This document shows, piece by piece, positions 37,147-38,772 of a DNA stretch of 38,772 nt. The notes under the pieces are model-generated. The model was given only the letters and a program-made list of their open reading frames with translations, did no database searches and was not told the origin of the DNA. A program made the position numbers and the translations under genes. How positions within the stretch are numbered: the stretch's first letter is position 1; the number at the start of each line of letters is the position of its first letter. The DNA lies in the IMG/VR virus record IMGVR_UViG_3300020043_005834, positions 1 to 38,772 of that record, one strand, 5' to 3'. The DNA comes from a virus. Taxonomy: Duplodnaviria; Caudoviricetes.

Positions 37147-37425
37147 TTAGTTAGGTGATATTAATCCAAGGTCTTCTAATCTTGTGATTATGGTTACAAT
37201 TGAAGCCCTCGCTTTAACGTCAGCTGTACCACCACCCGTTGGCTCTGTTATTGAAGCTAGCGGTGCATCAAATAGTTGAAGGGGTAGATTTACAAACAAG
37301 TTTCTTAATCTTGTTCTTAATGCTTGTTCTACATCAAATGGAATAGTCGAAGCAGAATAAATCAACTTAATTTGTTTTTCTAGTTCATCTATTTTAGTAT
37401 TAAGTTTTTCAATTTCTGGATTCAT
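37147..37425 (-). CDS. Small structural protein
   Basis: N-terminal coiled coil; PTGGGTAD..AR..I..I...L..LGLI C-terminus seen in phage fibre/decoration proteins. Confidence 0.6.
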   Translation of the reverse strand: MNPEIEKLNTKIDELEKQIKLIYSASTIPFDVEQALRTRLRNLFVNLPLQLFDAPLASITEPTGGGTADVKARASIVTIITRLEDLGLISPN

Positions 37426-37426
37426 A

Positions 37427-38239
37427 TTATTTGTCTAAGTTTACCCAAGTGGTGCTATTTTTATTTTCATTAGTCCACATTATTGAATCGTCAATATCAT
37501 AATCTTCAGTTAGATTTACTGATTCCTGAACTAATGCCCCAACATTATTAACATATGCTTCAGTTAAAGTAACAGATTCCGTTACACTTACATCAAGTTG
37601 TTCATTTACTGACACTAAAAATGAGTTGTAATCTGACGTTCCAGTTCCCCCCGTTGCAGACCATGCACCCGTTGAAGTTGTTTGCGGTCTAATGGCTGTA
37701 GCACAAGAAAAAGAGGTGCTTGCGTCTGACATTACAATGTCGAATTGTTCTGTCCAAGTTGGATTACTGGTTACAATTGCATACCCACCCATTGATTCAT
37801 TTGAGTTAGACATTGACCATAAGAATATAACTAAAAGGCTGTTAGCCCGTGTTGGAGTTACCCCCGTTGAGAAAGATGGGGTTGCCGTGTTTAATGCAGA
37901 ACCCGCCAATACGGCAGAACCTATCAATGGACTAACTCCAGTAATTCTTAATATTCCACCTGCAAATATTGTGTTGTTTGATGAAGTCCATGTAAAATCT
38001 GAAGCTGCTACATCTCCCGAATCTGCATATTTATAATGAACATATACAGTATTGAATGGGTTAAAGGTTGTAGAGAGTGTTGACCATCCGCTTGGTAGTG
38101 TTATTCCATTTCCTCCATCATCATTACGTATTCCAGCAAGCATTAAATCTCCCACAGCAAGTCCTGTTGGTTTTGTGATAGTAAGGGTTGTATCTACCGT
38201 ACTGATTGCTGTTGATGATGATGCTACTGCGACAGCCAT
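37427..38239 (-). CDS. Ser/Thr-rich virion tail or decoration protein, allele B
   Basis: Homologous to 28-843 with near-identical C-terminus. Confidence 0.7.
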   Translation of the reverse strand: MAVAVASSSTAISTVDTTLTITKPTGLAVGDLMLAGIRNDDGGNGITLPSGWSTLSTTFNPFNTVYVHYKYADSGDVAASDFTWTSSNNTIFAGGILRITGVSPLIGSAVLAGSALNTATPSFSTGVTPTRANSLLVIFLWSMSNSNESMGGYAIVTSNPTWTEQFDIVMSDASTSFSCATAIRPQTTSTGAWSATGGTGTSDYNSFLVSVNEQLDVSVTESVTLTEAYVNNVGALVQESVNLTEDYDIDDSIMWTNENKNSTTWVNLDK

Positions 38240-38240
38240 A

Positions 38241-38702
38241 TTAAGAAAAGGCTAATGTATAAGTACAGGCTAGGGTTTCTCCATTAACTACTGTTTTTGT
38301 ACTCGTTAAGGCTCTTGAAAGCATTGTTCCAGATGAAGCAGCGTTGAACACTCCAATTTCTTCTACTACCACTGTTCCAGAAGCTGTGAATGTTTTAGTT
38401 AGACTTAATGTGTCATTTGTTACAGTTGTTGTTGTTCTTGAAACTGTGGCAGACGCTCTTGATAGTCCGTTAGTAGTTGTCTCAGCAGCCAAAGTTGTTT
38501 GACCTATTGCTGGAGCTGTTGTTGAAGTACCCACAGCTATATAAGTAAATGGTGTAGCCGTTGCATCGCCAGCCAAAAGAGCCAACTGTGCCTTTCCAGC
38601 ACTTGTTACCAAGTTATCGACACTCCATTCATCCTTTACGTTTCCATCAACTCCTCTTATTTGGAAGTGATATGTTCCTTTTAATTTTAATGTATCGTGC
38701 AT
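38241..38702 (-). CDS. Virion structural protein, allele B
   Basis: 15 aa differences from 845-1306. Confidence 0.75.
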   Translation of the reverse strand: MHDTLKLKGTYHFQIRGVDGNVKDEWSVDNLVTSAGKAQLALLAGDATATPFTYIAVGTSTTAPAIGQTTLAAETTTNGLSRASATVSRTTTTVTNDTLSLTKTFTASGTVVVEEIGVFNAASSGTMLSRALTSTKTVVNGETLACTYTLAFS

Positions 38703-38772
38703 GTTATCTATAATTAATTCTTCTTGTTGATAATCTTAAATGTTCGTCCTTGTCTCTTAGTGAGTAGTAAGC

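Larger units (their letters stand above)
37400..38772. repeat. Diverged terminal duplication, copy B
   Basis: Matches 1-1376 with an offset of 37396-37399. Confidence 0.95.

Overview
Apparently the complete genome (about 37.4 kb unit) of an AT-rich, podovirus-like tailed phage, with almost every gene on the minus strand. The last 121 nt (38652-38772) exactly repeat 1256-1376, which closes a circle. Positions 1-1255 are a diverged second allele of the 37400-38651 tail-gene region. Modules in minus-strand order: tail and ejection proteins; lysis (two holin-like genes, a two-domain endolysin and an exported lysozyme-like protein); a GC-richer island with the only long plus-strand gene (a metallophosphoesterase); HNH-AP2 and NinG-like nucleases; three DNA methyltransferases; Rad52/Sak, SSB-like, NinB and YopX genes plus many small ORFs; terminase, portal, scaffold and N4-gp56-type capsid; then a six-gene amino-sugar synthesis and glycosyltransferase cluster inside the structural region. 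I recognised no integrase, repressor, DNA polymerase, helicase or primase. Most notable: the candidate virion-glycosylation system, DnaA boxes next to a series of sigma70-type promoters, methyltransferase genes bounded by exact repeats, and many structured intergenic RNAs. Sigma70-type promoters, SD-less starts and the standard code suggest a Patescibacteria (CPR)-like host, which is an inference. All calls come from motif recognition by eye; no searches were run.
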